Source: Balanoglossus misakiensis (taxonomy: Eukaryota; Animalia; Hemichordata). From it: a stretch of DNA of 64,000 nt. The DNA lies in assembly GCA_040954595.2 (NCBI GenBank), contig CM082590.2, positions 11,470,655-11,534,654 on the forward strand. Direction: 5' to 3'. Under the pieces are notes generated by a model. That model was not told the origin of the DNA and ran no database searches. It saw only the letters and a program-made list of their open reading frames with translations. Below, one piece after another: positions 12,958-27,629 of this stretch (positions are counted from its first letter, which is position 1; every line of letters begins with the position of its first letter). Position numbers and translations under genes: made by a program.

Positions 12958-15036
12958 ATTGCAGTTATCCCTAGATTGGATGCCGATGTCTGTATACCAG
13001 AAAAACAAGTGGAAAGTGATATCCCGAGAGGTAAAATGTCGAATCATGTGATTGGTGATTTTTAGCAAGATGAATTCATGAGTTGATTTGCTCCAACGAA
13101 TTGAATCAGTATCCGCGGTAATATACTGACAACAAGTGTAATTGATTTTTAGCAAGCAGCAGGGTTTGACTCTGGAAAAACAATGCATGCTTAACAACTT
13201 CTTGAAAGTTTTTACAGATAGCTGTTATTCCTGGACTTGATGTCGATGTCTGTATACCAGAAAAAGAAGTGGAAAGTGATATCCCGAGAGGTAAAATGTC
13301 GAATCAAGTGATTGGTGATTTTTAGCAAGATGAATTCATGAGTTGATTTGCTCCAACGAATTGAATCAGTATCCGCCGTAATATACTGACAACAAGTGTA
13401 GTTGATTTTTAGCAAGCAGCAGGGTTTGACTCTGGGAAAACAATGCATGCTTAACAACTTCTTGAAAGTTTTTACAGATTGCTGTTATTCCTGGACTTGA
13501 TGTCGATGTCTGTATACCAGAAAAAGAAGTGGAAAGTGATATCCCGAGAGGTAAAATGTCGAATCAAGTGATTGGTGATTTTTAGCAAGATGAATTCATG
13601 AGTTGATTTGCTCCAACGAATTGAATCAGTATCCGCCGTAATATACTGACAACAAGTGTAGTTGATTTTTAGCAAGCAGCAGGATTTGACTCTGGAAAAA
13701 CAATGCATGCTTAACAACTTCTTGAAAGTTTTTACAGATTGCTGTTATTCCTGGACTTGATGTCGATGTCGGTGTACCAGAAAAACAAGTGGAAAGTGAT
13801 ATCCCGAGAGGTAAAATGTCGAATCAAGTGATTGGTGATTTTTAGCAAGATGAATTCATGAGTTGATTTGCTCCAACGAATTGAATCAGTATCCGCCGTA
13901 ATATACTGACAACAAGTGTAGTTGATTTTTAGCAAGCAGCAGAGTTTGACTCTGGAAAAACAATGCATGCTTAACAACTTCTTGAAAGTTTTTACAGATT
14001 GCTGTTATTCCTGGACTTGATGTCGATGTCTGTATACCAGAAAAACAAGTGGAAAGTGATATCGCGAGAGGTAAAGTGTCGAATCAAGTGATTGGTGATT
14101 TTTAGCAAGATGAATTCATGAGTTGATTTTCTCCAACAAATTGAATCAGAATCCGCGGTAATATACTGACAACATGTGTAGTTGATTTTTAGCAAGCAGC
14201 AGAGTTTGAGTCTGGAAAAACAATGCATGCTTAACAACTTCTTGAAAGTTTTTACAGATTGCAGTTATCCCTAGATTGGATGCCGATGTCGGTGTACCAG
14301 AAAAACAAGTGGAAAGTGATATCCCGAGAGGTAAAATGTCGAATCAAGTGATTGGTGATTTTTAGCAAGATGAATTAATGAGTTGATTTGCTCCAACGAA
14401 TTGAATCAGTATCCGCCGTAATATACTGACAACAAGTGTAGTTGATTTTTAGCAAGCAGCAGAGTTTGACTCTGGAAAAACAATGCATGCTTAACAACTT
14501 CTTGAAAGTTTTTACAGATTGCTGTTATTCCTGGACTTGATGTCGATGTCTGTATACCAGAAAAACAAGTGGAAAGTGATATCGCGAGAGGTAAAGTGTC
14601 GAATCAAGTGATTGGTGATTTTTAGCAAGATGAATTCATGAGTTGATTTTCTCCAACAAATTGAATCAGAATCCGCGGTAATATACTGACAACATGTGTA
14701 GTTGATTTTTAGCAAGCAGCAGAGTTTGAGTCTGGAAAAACAATGCATGCTTAACAACTTCTTGAAAGTTTTTACAGATTGCAGTTATCCCTAGATTGGA
14801 TGCCGATGTCTGTATACCAGAAAAACAAGTGGAAAGTGATATCCCGAGAGGTAAAATGTCGAATCATGTGATTGGTGATTTTTAGCAAGATGAATTCATG
14901 AGTTGATTTGCTCCAACGAATTGAATCAGTATCCGCGGTAATATACTGACAACAAGTGTAGTTGATTTTTAGCAAGCAGCAGGGTTTGACTCTGGGGAAA
15001 CAATGCATGCTTAAAACTCCTTGTAAGTTTTTACAG
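12958..15036 (+). repeat. 260-bp tandem array 4 (8 units)
   Basis: Period 3866 = 1786 + 8x260. Confidence 0.95.
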
Positions 15037-16823
15037 ATTATTCTGGATTGAATGATGTCTGTATACCCGCGAAGAAGTGGAAAATGACTTTTGTGTAGCA
15101 GTCGAAGGATCAACTATTTGTATACAATGCATGGCAACTGGAAACAGCTCCTTACAAGCTCTCCCAAGATGTGTTGAAGTCTACTGGTAAAGATGTGGAA
15201 AGTGATACTTAACTGGTGAGATGTTGAATGAAAACATTATTGTACATGTCAGAACCCCCAAGAAATGTTTAGCTTTTGATTCAATTTTAATTCTGGTCAG
15301 AAATCTGTCTTTTCAGATGGTTGTTGTCTGTTGTTTGTCGGTCACTAAATGACAGAAAGTATTGGTCTGGTCTTGACATTTTTTCCTCTGGTTGTTTATT
15401 TATTACTGTTGTGAATTTATTTCATATTTGTGGAGCAATTTTTTGTGATAAAATCCTCTTTCATTCCAATTATTGTGCCATATCACAGCGATGTTGTCTC
15501 AGCTGTTGTGTCCGTTATTCAGAATTTAATTATACAAGTGAAAATGTTATGGTATTTGCGTTCTCCCACCTCAGAAAACTCAAAACTTTTTGTCAATTCA
15601 AGAGAGCAAGTTAAGAACTAACAATTAGACACAAACTGTCAATTTTTTATTGAAAAAGAACTATCTTCACAATATTTCTCAAATTAAACAAATTTCTGAT
15701 TAAAGTAAATGTTTTGCATAATATTTCAAGTGAAAGCAAATTGATTTCTTTTCCGACTTCTAGCTGAATTATGCCTAAGGGCTTTAATGTCACTTGGGGA
15801 TTTTTATTGAATGATATACATGTACACATCAAATTTTCAGCAAGCCAGCCTGGAGATCAGTGGATACCCACATAGCTCATTTTCATCCATTACACTGCGC
15901 GTGTGCACTTCACATCATCATTTAGTTAATTTTTTTGTGGGTCCAGTGATCTTCAGGAGAATACCCTTTCAGCCTAATTGTAAGCATAATATTAATCACT
16001 ATACTGACATACATGACAACTAACATAGTAGTATAAGTAGTATTTAGGCTGAAAAGGTATTTGGCAGTAGCTGATGGGATATGGGCAATTTTAAAACTTT
16101 TTAAATCAAACTGTAAATAGTGACAAATTTGGTCAACCATGCAGTTGATAAACTCAATGGAATTTATTTACATTGCTTGTAATCAAAATTAGATTCGGTT
16201 CGTACTTGCTCTCACAAGACCTGGTAAAGACACCATTTTTGGTCAAAACAAACATTATTCATGCAATTTAGTTATTTTTCGTGGTGCTCTAAGTCTGAAG
16301 TAGGTCATTATGTGTACATAAATCTAAGGGAGAAAAATGTTGGAGCCTATACTAGGAAAAGTATTGTTCCCTTGTACAAGTCTTCAGACTTTGTGATTAA
16401 TTAAGGTTTACAATTGTTTGGAAAGCATAAATGTGGACAAATCTATTGTTGAAATGTTCCTCTATTCTACTGTGCTATGATGAATTCCCTTTATTTCCAA
16501 CCAATGTGGAATACACGAAGGGATTTTTGAGCACAGATGTTAAATTTTTGATACCCTTAATGACATATGTCAGCACATCAGAGATATTAGGTCATTGTAG
16601 TATTCAAAAACTTAAAATGAAAGAAATGTAAAATGCTGATTGGTAGCTTGGTGTTGTGGGAGGGGTGCATGGCACACTTGATGTCCAAGGTTGGTTTGTC
16701 TGGCAGTGATTAGATTTTCTCTGTGTAATATACGGAACACAAATGTAGTTGATTTTAGGAAGCATTAGAGGTAAACTTTCTGTAATTAATGCATGCTTAA
16801 CAGCTCCTTGTAAGTTATTACAG

Positions 16824-19800
16824 ATTGCAGTTATCCCTAGATTGGATGCCGATGTCTGTATACCAGAAAAACAAGTGGAAAGTGATATCCCGAGAGGTAA
16901 AATGTCGAATCAAGTGATTGGTGATTTTTAGCAAGATGAATTAATGAGTTGATTTGCTCCAACGAATTGAATCAGTATCCGCGGTAATATACTGACAACA
17001 AGTCTACTTGATTTTTAGCAAGCAGCAGGGTTTTACAGATTGCTGTTATTCCTGGACTTGATGTCGATGTCGGTGTACCAGAAAAACAAGTGGAAAGTGA
17101 TATCCCGAGAGGTAAAATGTCGAATCAAGTGATTGGTGATTTTTAGCAAGATGAATTAATGAGCTGATTTGCTCCAACGAATTGAATCAGTATCCGCCGT
17201 AATATACTGACATTAAGTGTAGTTGATTTTTAGCAAGCAGCAGGGTTTGACTCTGGAAAAACAATGCATGCTAAACAACTTCTTGAAAGTTTTTACAGAT
17301 AGCTGTTATTCCTGGACTTGATGTCGATGTCTGTATACCAGAAAATCAAGTGGAAAGTGATATCGCGAGAGGTAAAGTGTCGAATCAAGTGATTGTTGAT
17401 TTTTAGCAAGATGAATTCATGAGTTGATTTTCTCCAACAAATTGAATCAGAATCCGCTGTAATATACTGACAACAAGTGTAGTTGATTTTTAGCAAGCAG
17501 CAGGGTTTGACTCTGGAAAAACAATGCATGCTTAACAACTTCTTGAAAGTTTTTACAGATTGCTGTTATTCCTGGACTTGATGTCGATGTCGGTATACCA
17601 GAAAAAGAAGTGGAAAGTGATATCCCGAGAGGTAAAATGTCGAATCAAGTGATTGGTGATTTTTAGCAAGATGAATTCATGAGTTGATTTGCTCCAACAA
17701 ATTGAATCAGTATCCGCCGTAATATTCTGACATTAAGTGTAGTTGATTTTTAGCAAGCAGCAGGGTTTGACTCTGGAAAAACAATGCATGCTAAACAACT
17801 TCTTGAAAGTTTTTACAGATAGCTGTTATTCCTGGACTTGATGTCGATGTCTGTATACCAGAAAATCAAGTGGAAAGTGATATCGCGAGAGGTAAAGTGT
17901 CGAATCAAGTGATTGGTGATTTTTAGCAAGATGAATTCATGAGTTGATTTTCTCCAACAAATTGAATCAGTATCCGCCGTAATATACTGACATTAAGTGT
18001 AGTTGATTTTTAGCAAGCAGCAGGGTTTGACTCTGGAAAAACAATGCATGCTAAACAACTTCTTGAAAGTTTTTACAGATAGCTGTTATTCCTGGACTTG
18101 ATGTCGATGTCTGTATACCAGAAAATCAAATGGAAAGTGATATCGCGAGAGGTAAAGTGTCGAATCAAGTGATTGGTGATTTTTAGCAAGATGAATTCAT
18201 GAGTTGATTTTCTCCAACAAATTGAATCAGTATCCGCCGTAATATACTGACAACAAGTGTAGTTGATTTTTAGCAAGCAGCGGGGTTTGACTCTGGGAAA
18301 ACAATGCATGCTTAACAACTTCTTGAAAGTTTTTACAGATTGCTGTTATTCCTGGACTTGATGTCGATGTCGGTGTACCAGAAAAACAAGTGGAAAGTGA
18401 TATCCCGAGAGGTAAAATGTCGAATCAAGTGATTGGTGATTTTTAGCAAGATGAATTAATGAGTTGATTTGCTCCAACGAATTGAATCAGTATCCGCCGT
18501 AATATACTGACAACAAGTGTAGTTGATTTTTAGCAAGCAGCAGGGTTTGACTCTGGAAAAACAATGCATGCTTAACAACTTCTTGAAAGTTTTTACAGAT
18601 AGCTGTTATTCCTGGACTTGATGTCGATGTCTGTATACCAGAAAATCAAGTGGAAAGTGATATCGCGAGAGGTAAAGTGTCGAATCAAGTGATTGGTGAT
18701 TTTTAGCAAGATGAATTCATGAGTTGATTTTCTCCAACAAATTGAATCAGAATCCGCGGTAATATACTGACAACATGTGTAGTTGAGTTTTAGCAAGCAG
18801 CAGAGTTTGACTCTGGAAAAACAATGCATGCTTAACAACTTCTTGAAAGTTTTTACAGATTGCTGTTATTCCTGGACTTGATGGCGATGTCTGTATACCA
18901 GAAAAAGAAGTGGAAAGTGATATCCCGAGAGGTAAAATGTCGAATCAAGTGATTGGTGATTTTTAGCAAGATGAATTCATGAGTTGATTTGCTCCAACGA
19001 ATTGAATCAGTATCCGCCGTAATATACTGACAACAAGTGTAGTTGATTTTTAGCAAGCAGCAGGGTTTGACTCTGGGAAAACAATGCATGCTTAACAACT
19101 TCTTGAAAGTTTTTACAGATTGCTGTTATTCCTGGACTTGATGTCGATGTCTGTATACCAGAAAAACAAGTGGAAAGTGATATCCCGAGAGGTAAAATGT
19201 CGAATCAAGTGATTGGTGATTTTTAGCAAGATGAATTAATGAGTTGATTTTTTCCAACGAATTGAATCAGTATCCGCGGTAATATACTGACAACAAGTCT
19301 ACTTGATTTTTAGCAAGCAGCAGGGTTTGACTCTGGAAAAACAATGCATGCTTAACAACTTCTTGAAAGTTTTTACAGATTGCTGTTATTCCTGGACTTG
19401 ATGTCGATGTCGGTATACCAGAAAAACAAGTGGAAAGTGATATCCCGAGAGGTTAAGTGTCAAATCAAGTGATTGTTGATTTTTAGCAAGATGAATTCAT
19501 GAGTTGATTTTCTCCAACAAATTGAATCAGAATCCGCGGTAATATACTGACAACATGTGTAGTTGATTTTTAGCAAGCAGCAGGATTTGACTCTGGAAAA
19601 ACAATGCATGCTTAACAACTTCTTGAAAGTTTTTACAGATTGCTGTTATTCCTGGACTTGATGTCGATGTCGGTATACCAGAAAAACAAGTGGAAAGTGA
19701 TAACCCGAGAGGTTAAGTGTCAAATCAAGTGATTGTTGATTTTTAGCAAGATGAATTCATGAGTTGATTTTCTCCAACGAATTGAATCAGTATCCGCGGT

Positions 19801-20417
19801 AATATACTGACAACATGTGTAGTTGATTTTTAGCAAGCAGCAGGGTTTGACTCTGGAAAAACAATGCATGCTTAACAACTTCTTGAAAGTTTTTACAGAT
19901 TGCTGTTATTCCTGGACTTGATGTCGATGTCGGTATACCAGAAAAACAAGTGGAAAGTGATATCCCGAGAGGTTAAGTGTCAAATCAAGTGATTGTTGAT
20001 TTTTAGCAAGATGAATTCATGAGTTGATTTTCTCCAACAAATTGAATCAGAATCCGCGGTAATATACTGACAACATGTGTAGTTGATTTTTAGCAAGCAG
20101 CAGGATTTGACTCTGGAAAAACAATGCATGCTTAACAACTTCTTGAAAGTTTTTACAGATTGCTGTTATTCCTGGACTTGATGTCGATGTCGGTATACCA
20201 GAAAAACAAGTGGAAAGTGATAACCCGAGAGGTTAAGTGTCAAATCAAGTGATTGTTGATTTTTAGCAAGATGAATTCATGAGTTGATTTTCTCCAACGA
20301 ATTGAATCAGTATCCGCGGTAATATACTGACAACAAGTGTAGTTGATTTTTAGCAAGCAGCAGGGTTTGACTCTGGGAAAACAATGCATGCTTAAAACTC
20401 CTTGTAAGTTTTTACAG
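16824..20417 (+). repeat. 260-bp tandem array 5 (14 units, first with a 45-bp deletion)
   Basis: Period 5381 = 1786 + 14x260 - 45; junction CAGCAGGG|TTTTACAG at ~17030. Confidence 0.95.
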
Positions 20418-22204
20418 ATTATTCTGGATTGAATGATGTCTGTATACCCGCGAAGAAGTGGAAAATGACTTTTGTGTAGCAGTCGAAGGATCAACTATTT
20501 GTATACAATGCATGGCAACTGGAAACAGCTCCTTACAAGCTCTCCCAAGATGTGTTGAAGTCTACTGGTAAAGATGTGGAAAGTGATACTTAACTGGTGA
20601 GATGTTGAATGGAAACATTATTGTACATGTCAGAACCCCCAAGAAATGTTTAGCTTTTGATTCAATTTTAATTCTGGTCAGAAATCTGTCTTTTCAGATG
20701 GTTGTTGTCTGTTGTTTGTCGGTCACTAAATGACAGAAAGTATTGGTCTGGTCTTGACATTTTTTCCTCTGGGTGTTTATTTATTACTGTTGTGAATTTA
20801 TTTCATATTTGTGGAGCAATTTTTTGTGATAAAATCCTCTTTCATTCCAGTTATTGTGCCATATCACAGCGATGTTGTCTCAGCTGTTGTGTCCGTTATT
20901 CAGAATTTAATTATACAAGTGAAAATGTTATGGTATTTGTGTTCTCCCACCTCAGAAAACTCAAAACTTTTTGTCAATTCAAGAGAGCAAGTTAAGAACT
21001 AACAATTAGACACAAACTGTCAATTTTTTCTTGAAACAGAACTATCTTCACAATATTTCTCAAATTAAACAAACTTCTGATTAAAGTAAATGTTTTGCAT
21101 AATATTTCAAGTGAAAGCAAATTGATTTCTTTTCCGACTTCTAGCTGAATTATGCCTAAGGGCTTTAATGTCACTTGGGGATTTTTATTGAATGATATAC
21201 ATGTACACATCAAATTTTCAGCAAGCCAGCCTGGAGATCAGTGGATACCCACATAGCTCATTTTCATCCATTACACTGCGCGTGTGCACTTCACATCATC
21301 ATTTAGTTAATTTTTTTGTGGGTCCAGTGATCTTCAGGAGAATACCCTTTCAGCCTAATTGTAAGCATAATATTAATCAATATACTAACATACATGACAA
21401 CTAACATAGTAGTATAAGTAGTATTTAGGCTGAAAAGGTATTTGGCAGTAGCTGATGGGATGTGGGCAATTTTAAAACTTTTTAAATCAAACTGTAAATA
21501 GTGACAAATTTGGTCAACCATGCAGTTGATAAACTCAATGGAATTTATTTACATTGCTTGTAATCAAAATTAGATTCAGTTCGTACTTGCTCTCACAAGA
21601 CCTGATAAAGACACCATTTTTGGTCAAAACAAACATTATTCATGCAATTTAGTTATTTTTTGTGGTGTTCTAAGTCTGAAGTAGGTCATTATGTGTACAT
21701 AAATCTAAGGGAGAAAAATGTTGGAGCCTATACTAGGAAAAGTATTGTTCCCTTGTACAAGTCTTCAGACTTTGTGATTAATTAAGGTTTACAATTGTTT
21801 GGAAAGCATAAATGTGGACAAATCTATTGTTGAAATGTTCCTCTTTTCTACTGTGCTATGATAAATTCCCTTTATTTCCACCCAATGTGGAATACAAGAA
21901 GGGATTTTTGAGCACAGATGTTAAATTTTTGATACCCTTAATGACATATGTCAGCACATCAGAGATATTAGGTCATTGTATTATTCAAAAACTTAAAATG
22001 AAAGAAATGTAAAATGCTGATTGGTAGCTTGGTGTTGTGGGAGGGGTGCTTGGCACACTTGATGTCCAAGGTTGGTTTGTCTGGCAGTGATTAGATTTTC
22101 TCTGTGTAATATACGGAACACAAATGTAGTTGATTTTAGGAAGCAGTAGAGGTAAACTTTCTGTAATTAATGCATGCTTAACAGCTCCTTGTAAGTTATT
22201 ACAG

Positions 22205-24283
22205 ATTGCAGTTATCCCTAGATTGGATGCCGATGTCTGTATACCAGAAAAACAAGTGGAAAGTGATATCGCGAGAGGTAAAATGTCGAATCAAGTGATT
22301 GGTGATTTTTAGCAAGATGAATTCATGAGATGATTTGCTCAAACGAATTGAATCTGTATCCGCGGTAATATACTGACAACATGTGTAGTTGATTTTTAGC
22401 AAGCAGCAGGGTTTGACTCTGGAAAAACAATGCATGCTCAACAACTTCTTGAAAGTTTTTACAGATTGCTGTTATTCCTGGACTTGATGTCGATGTCTGT
22501 ATACCAGAAAAACAAGTGGAAAGTGATATCCCGAGAGGTAAAGTGTCGAATCAAGTGATTGGTGATTTTTAGCAAGATGAATTCATGAGTTGATTTTCTC
22601 CAACAAATTGAATCAGAATCCTCGGTAATATACTGACAACATGTGTAGTTGATTTTTAGCAAGCAGCAGGGTTTGACTCTGGAAAAACAATGCATGCTTA
22701 ACAACTTCTTGAAAGTTTTTACAGATTGCAGTTATCCCTAGATTGGATGTCGATGTCTGTATACCATAAAAACAAGTGGAAAGTGATATCCCGAGAGGTA
22801 AAGTGTCGAATCAAGTGATTGGTGATTTTTAGCAAGATGAATTCATGAGTTGATTTTCTCCAACAAATTGAATCAGAATCCTCGGTAATATACTGACAAC
22901 ATGTGTAGTTGATTTTTAGCAAGCAGCAGGGTTTGACTCTGGAAAAACAATGCATGCTTAACAACTTCTTGAAAGTTTTTACAGATTGCAGTTATCCCTA
23001 GATTGGATGCCAATGTCTGTATACCAGAAAATCAAGTGGAAAGTGATATCCCGAGAGGTAAAGTGTCGAATCAAGTGATTGGTGATTTTTAGCAAGATGA
23101 ACTCATAAGTTGATTTGTTCCAACGAATTGAATCAGTATCCGCGGTAATATACTGACAACATGTGTAGTTGATTTTTAGCAAGCAGCAGAGTTTGACTCT
23201 GGAAAAACAATGCATGCTTAACAACTTCTTGAAAGTTTTTACAGATTGCTGTTATTCCTGGACTTGATGTCGATGTCTGTATACCAGAAAATCAAGTGGA
23301 AAGTGATAACCCGAGAGGTTAAGTGTCGAATCAAGTGATTGTTGATTTTTAGCAAGATGAATTCATGAGTTGATTTTCTTCAACAAATTGAATCAGAATC
23401 CGCGGTAATATACTGACAACATGTGTAGTTGATTTTTAGCAAGCAGCAGGGTTTGACTCTGGGAAAACAATGCATGCTTAACAACTTCTTGAAAGTTTTT
23501 ACAGATTGCTGTTATTCCTGGACTTGATGTCGATGTCGGTATACCAGAAAAACAAGTGGAAAGTGATAACCCGAGAGGTTAAGTGTCGAATCAAGTGATT
23601 GTTGATTTTTAGCAAGATGAACTCATAAGTTGATTTGCTCCAACGAATTGAATCAGTATCCGCGGTAATACACTGACAACATGTCTACTTGATTTTTAGC
23701 AAGCAGCAGGATTTGACTCTGGAAAAACAATGCATGCTTAACAACTTCTTGAAAGTTTTTACAGATTGCTGTTATTCCTGGACTTGATGTCGATGTCGGT
23801 ATACCAGAAAAACAAGTGGAAAGTGATAACCCGAGAGGTTAAGTGTCGAATCAAGTGATTGTTGATTTTTAGCAAGATGAACTCATAAGTTGATTTGCTC
23901 CAACGAATTGAATCAGTATCCTCGGTAATATACTGACAACATGTCTACTTGATTTTTAGCAAGCAGCAGGGTTTGACTCTGGAAAAACAATGCATGCTTA
24001 ACAACTTCTTGAAAGTTTTTACAGATTGCAGTTATCCCTAGATTGGATGTCGATGTCTGTATACCAGGAAAACAAGTGGAAAGTGATATCCCGTGAGGTT
24101 AAGTGTCAAATCAAGTGATTGTTGATTTTTAGCAAGATGAATTCATGAGTTGATTTGCTCCAACGAATTGAATCAGTATCCACGGTAATATACTGACAAC
24201 AAGTGTAGTTGATTTTTAGCAAGCAGCAGGGTTTGACTCTGGGGAAACAATGCATGCTTAAAACTCCTTGTAAGTTTTTACAG
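22205..24283 (+). repeat. 260-bp tandem array 6 (8 units)
   Basis: Period 3866 = 1786 + 8x260. Confidence 0.95.
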
Positions 24284-26070
24284 ATTATTCTGGATTGAAT
24301 GATGTCTGTATACCCGCGAAGAAGTGGAAAATGACTTTTGTGTAGCAGTCGAAGGATCAACTATTTGTATACAATGCATGGCAACTGGAAACAGCTCCTT
24401 ACAAGCTCTCCCAAGATGTGTTGAAGTCTACTGGTAAAGATGTGGAAAGTGATACTTAACTGGTGAGATGTTGAATGGAAACATTATTGTACATGTCAGA
24501 ACCCCCAAGAAATGTTTAGCTTTTGATTCAATTTTAATTCTGGTCAGAAATCTGTCTTTTCAGATGGTTGTTGTCTGTTGTTTGTCGGTCACTAAATGAC
24601 AGAAAGTATTGGTCTGGTCTTGACATTTTTTCCTCTGGGTGTTTATTTATTACTGTTGTGAATTTATTTCATATTTGTGGAGCAATTTTTTGTGATAAAA
24701 TCCTCTTTCATTCCAATTATTGTGCCATATCACAGCGATGTTGTCTCAGCTGTTGTGTCCGTTATTCAGAATTTAATTATACAAGTGAAAATGTTATGGT
24801 ATTTGTGTTCTCCCACCTCAGAAAACTCAAAACTTTTTGTCAATTCAAGAGAGCAAGTTAAGAACTAACAATTAGACACAAACTGTCAATGTTTTATTGA
24901 AAAAGAACTATCTTCACAATATTTCTCAAATTAAACAAACTTCTGATTAAAGTAAATATTTTGCATAATATTTCAAGTGAAAGCAAATTGATTTCTTTTC
25001 CGACTTCTAGCTGAATTATGCCTAAGGGCTTTAATGTCACTTGGGGATTTTTATTGAATGATATACATGTACACATCAAATTTTCAGCAAGCCAGCCTGG
25101 AGATCAGTGGATACTCACATAGCTCATTTTCATCCATTACACTGCGCGTGTGCACTTCACATCATCATTTAGTTAATTTTTTTGTGGGTCCAGTGATCTT
25201 CAGGAGAATACCCTTTCAGCCTAATTGTAAGCATAATATTAATCAATATACTAACATACATGACAACTAACATAGTAGTATAAGTAGTATTTAGGCTGAA
25301 AAGGTATTTGGCAGTAGCTGATGGGATGTGGGCAATTTTAAAACTTTTTAAATCAAACTGTAAATAGTGACAAATTTGGTCAACCATGCAGTTGATAAAC
25401 TCAATGGAATTTATTTACATTGCTTGTAATCAAAATTAGATTCAGTTCGTACTTGCTCTCACAAGACCTGATAAAGACACCATTTTTGGTCAAAACAAAC
25501 ATTATTCATGCAATTTAGTTATTTTTCGTGGTGCTCTAAGTCTGAAGTAGGTCATTATGTGTACATAAATCTAAGGGAGAAAAATGTTGGAGCCTATACT
25601 AGGAAAAGTATTGTTCCCTTGTACAAGTCTTCAGACTTTGTGATTAATTAAGGTTTACAATTGTTTGGAAAGCATAAATGTGGACAAATCTATTGTTGAA
25701 ATGTTCCTCTTTTCTACTGTGCTATGATGAATTCCCTTTATTTCCACCCAATGTGGAATACAAGAAGGGATTTTTGAGCACAGATGTTAAATTTTTGATA
25801 CCCTTAATGACATATGTCAGCACATCAGAGATATTAGGTCATTGTAGTATTCAAAAACTTAAAATGAAAGAAATATAAAATGCTGATTGGTAGCTTGGTG
25901 TTGTGGGAGGGGTGCATGGCACACTTGATGTCCAAGGTTGGTTTGTCTGGCAGTGATTAGATTTTCTCTGTGTAATATACGGAACACAAATGTAGTTGAT
26001 TTTAGGAAGCAGTAGAGGTAAACTTTCTGTAATTAATGCATGCTTAACAGCTCCTTGTAAGTTATTACAG

Positions 26071-27629
26071 ATTGCAGTTATCCCTAGATTGGATGCCGAT
26101 GTCTGTATACCAGAAAAACAAGTGGAAAGTGATATCCCGAGAGGTAAAATGTCGAATCATGTGATTGGTGATTTTTAGCAAGATGAATTCATGAGTTGAT
26201 TTGCTCCAACGAATTGAATCAGTATCCGCGGTAATATACTGACAACAAGTGTAATTGATTTTTAGCAAGCAGCAGGGTTTGACTCTGGAAAAACAATGCA
26301 TGCTTAACAACTTCTTGAAAGTTTTTACAGATAGCTGTTATTCCTGGACTTGATGTCGATGTCTGTATACCAGAAAAAGAAGTGGAAAGTGATATCCCGA
26401 GAGGTAAAATGTCGAATCAAGTGATTGGTGATTTTTAGCAAGATGAATTCATGAGTTGATTTGCTCCAACGAATTGAATCAGTATCCGCCGTAATATACT
26501 GACAACAAGTGTAGTTGATTTTTAGCAAGCAGCAGGGTTTGACTCTGGGAAAACAATGCATGCTTCACAACTTCTTGAAAGTTTTTACAGATAGCTGTTA
26601 TTCCTGGACTTGATGTCGATGTCTGTATACCAGAAAAAGAAGTGGAAAGTGATATCCCGAGAGGTAAAATGTCGAATCAAGTGATTGGTGATTTTTAGCA
26701 AGATGAATTAATGAGTTGATTTGCTCCAACGAATTGAATCAGTATCCGCCGTAATATACTGACAACAAGTGTAGTTGATTTTTAGCAAGCAGCAGGGTTT
26801 GACTCTGGGAAAACAATGCATGCTTAACAACTTCTTGAAAGTTTTTACAGATTGCTGTTATTCCTGGACTTGATGTCGATGTCGGTATACCAGAAAAACA
26901 AGTGGAAAGTGATATCCCGAGAGGTAAAATGTCGAATCAAGTGATTGTAGATTTTTAGCAAGATGAATTCATGAGTTGATTTGCTCCAACGAATTGAATC
27001 AGTATCCGCCGTAATATACTGACAACAAGTGTAGTTGATTTTTAGCAAGCAGCAGGGTTTGACTCTGGAAAAACAATGCATGCTTAACAACTTCTTGAAA
27101 GTTTTTACAGATTGCTGTTATTCCTGGACTTGATGTCGATGTCGGTATACCAGAAAAAGAAGTGGAAAGTGATATCCCGAGAGGTAAAATGTCGAATCAA
27201 GTGATTGGTGATTTTTAGCAAGATGAATTCATGAGTTGATTTTCTCCAACAAATTGAATCAGAATCCGCGGTAATATACTGACAACATGTGTAGTTGATT
27301 TTTAGCAAGCAGCAGAGTTTGAGTCTGGAAAAACAATGCATGCTTAACAACTTCTTGAAAGTTTTTACAGATTGCTGTTATTCCTGGACTTGATGTCGAT
27401 GTCGGTATACCAGAAAAACAAGTGGAAAGTGATAACCCGAGAGGTTAAGTGTCAAATCAAGTGATTGTTGATTTTTAGCAAGATGAATTCATGAGTTGAT
27501 TGTCTCCAACGAATTGAATCAGTATCCGCGGTAATATACTGACAACAAGTGTAGTTGATTTTTAGCAAGCAGCAGGGTTTGACTCTGGGGAAACAATGCA
27601 TGCTTAAAACTCCTTGTAAGTTTTTACAG
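26071..27629 (+). repeat. 260-bp tandem array 7 (6 units)
   Basis: Period 3346 = 1786 + 6x260. Confidence 0.95.
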
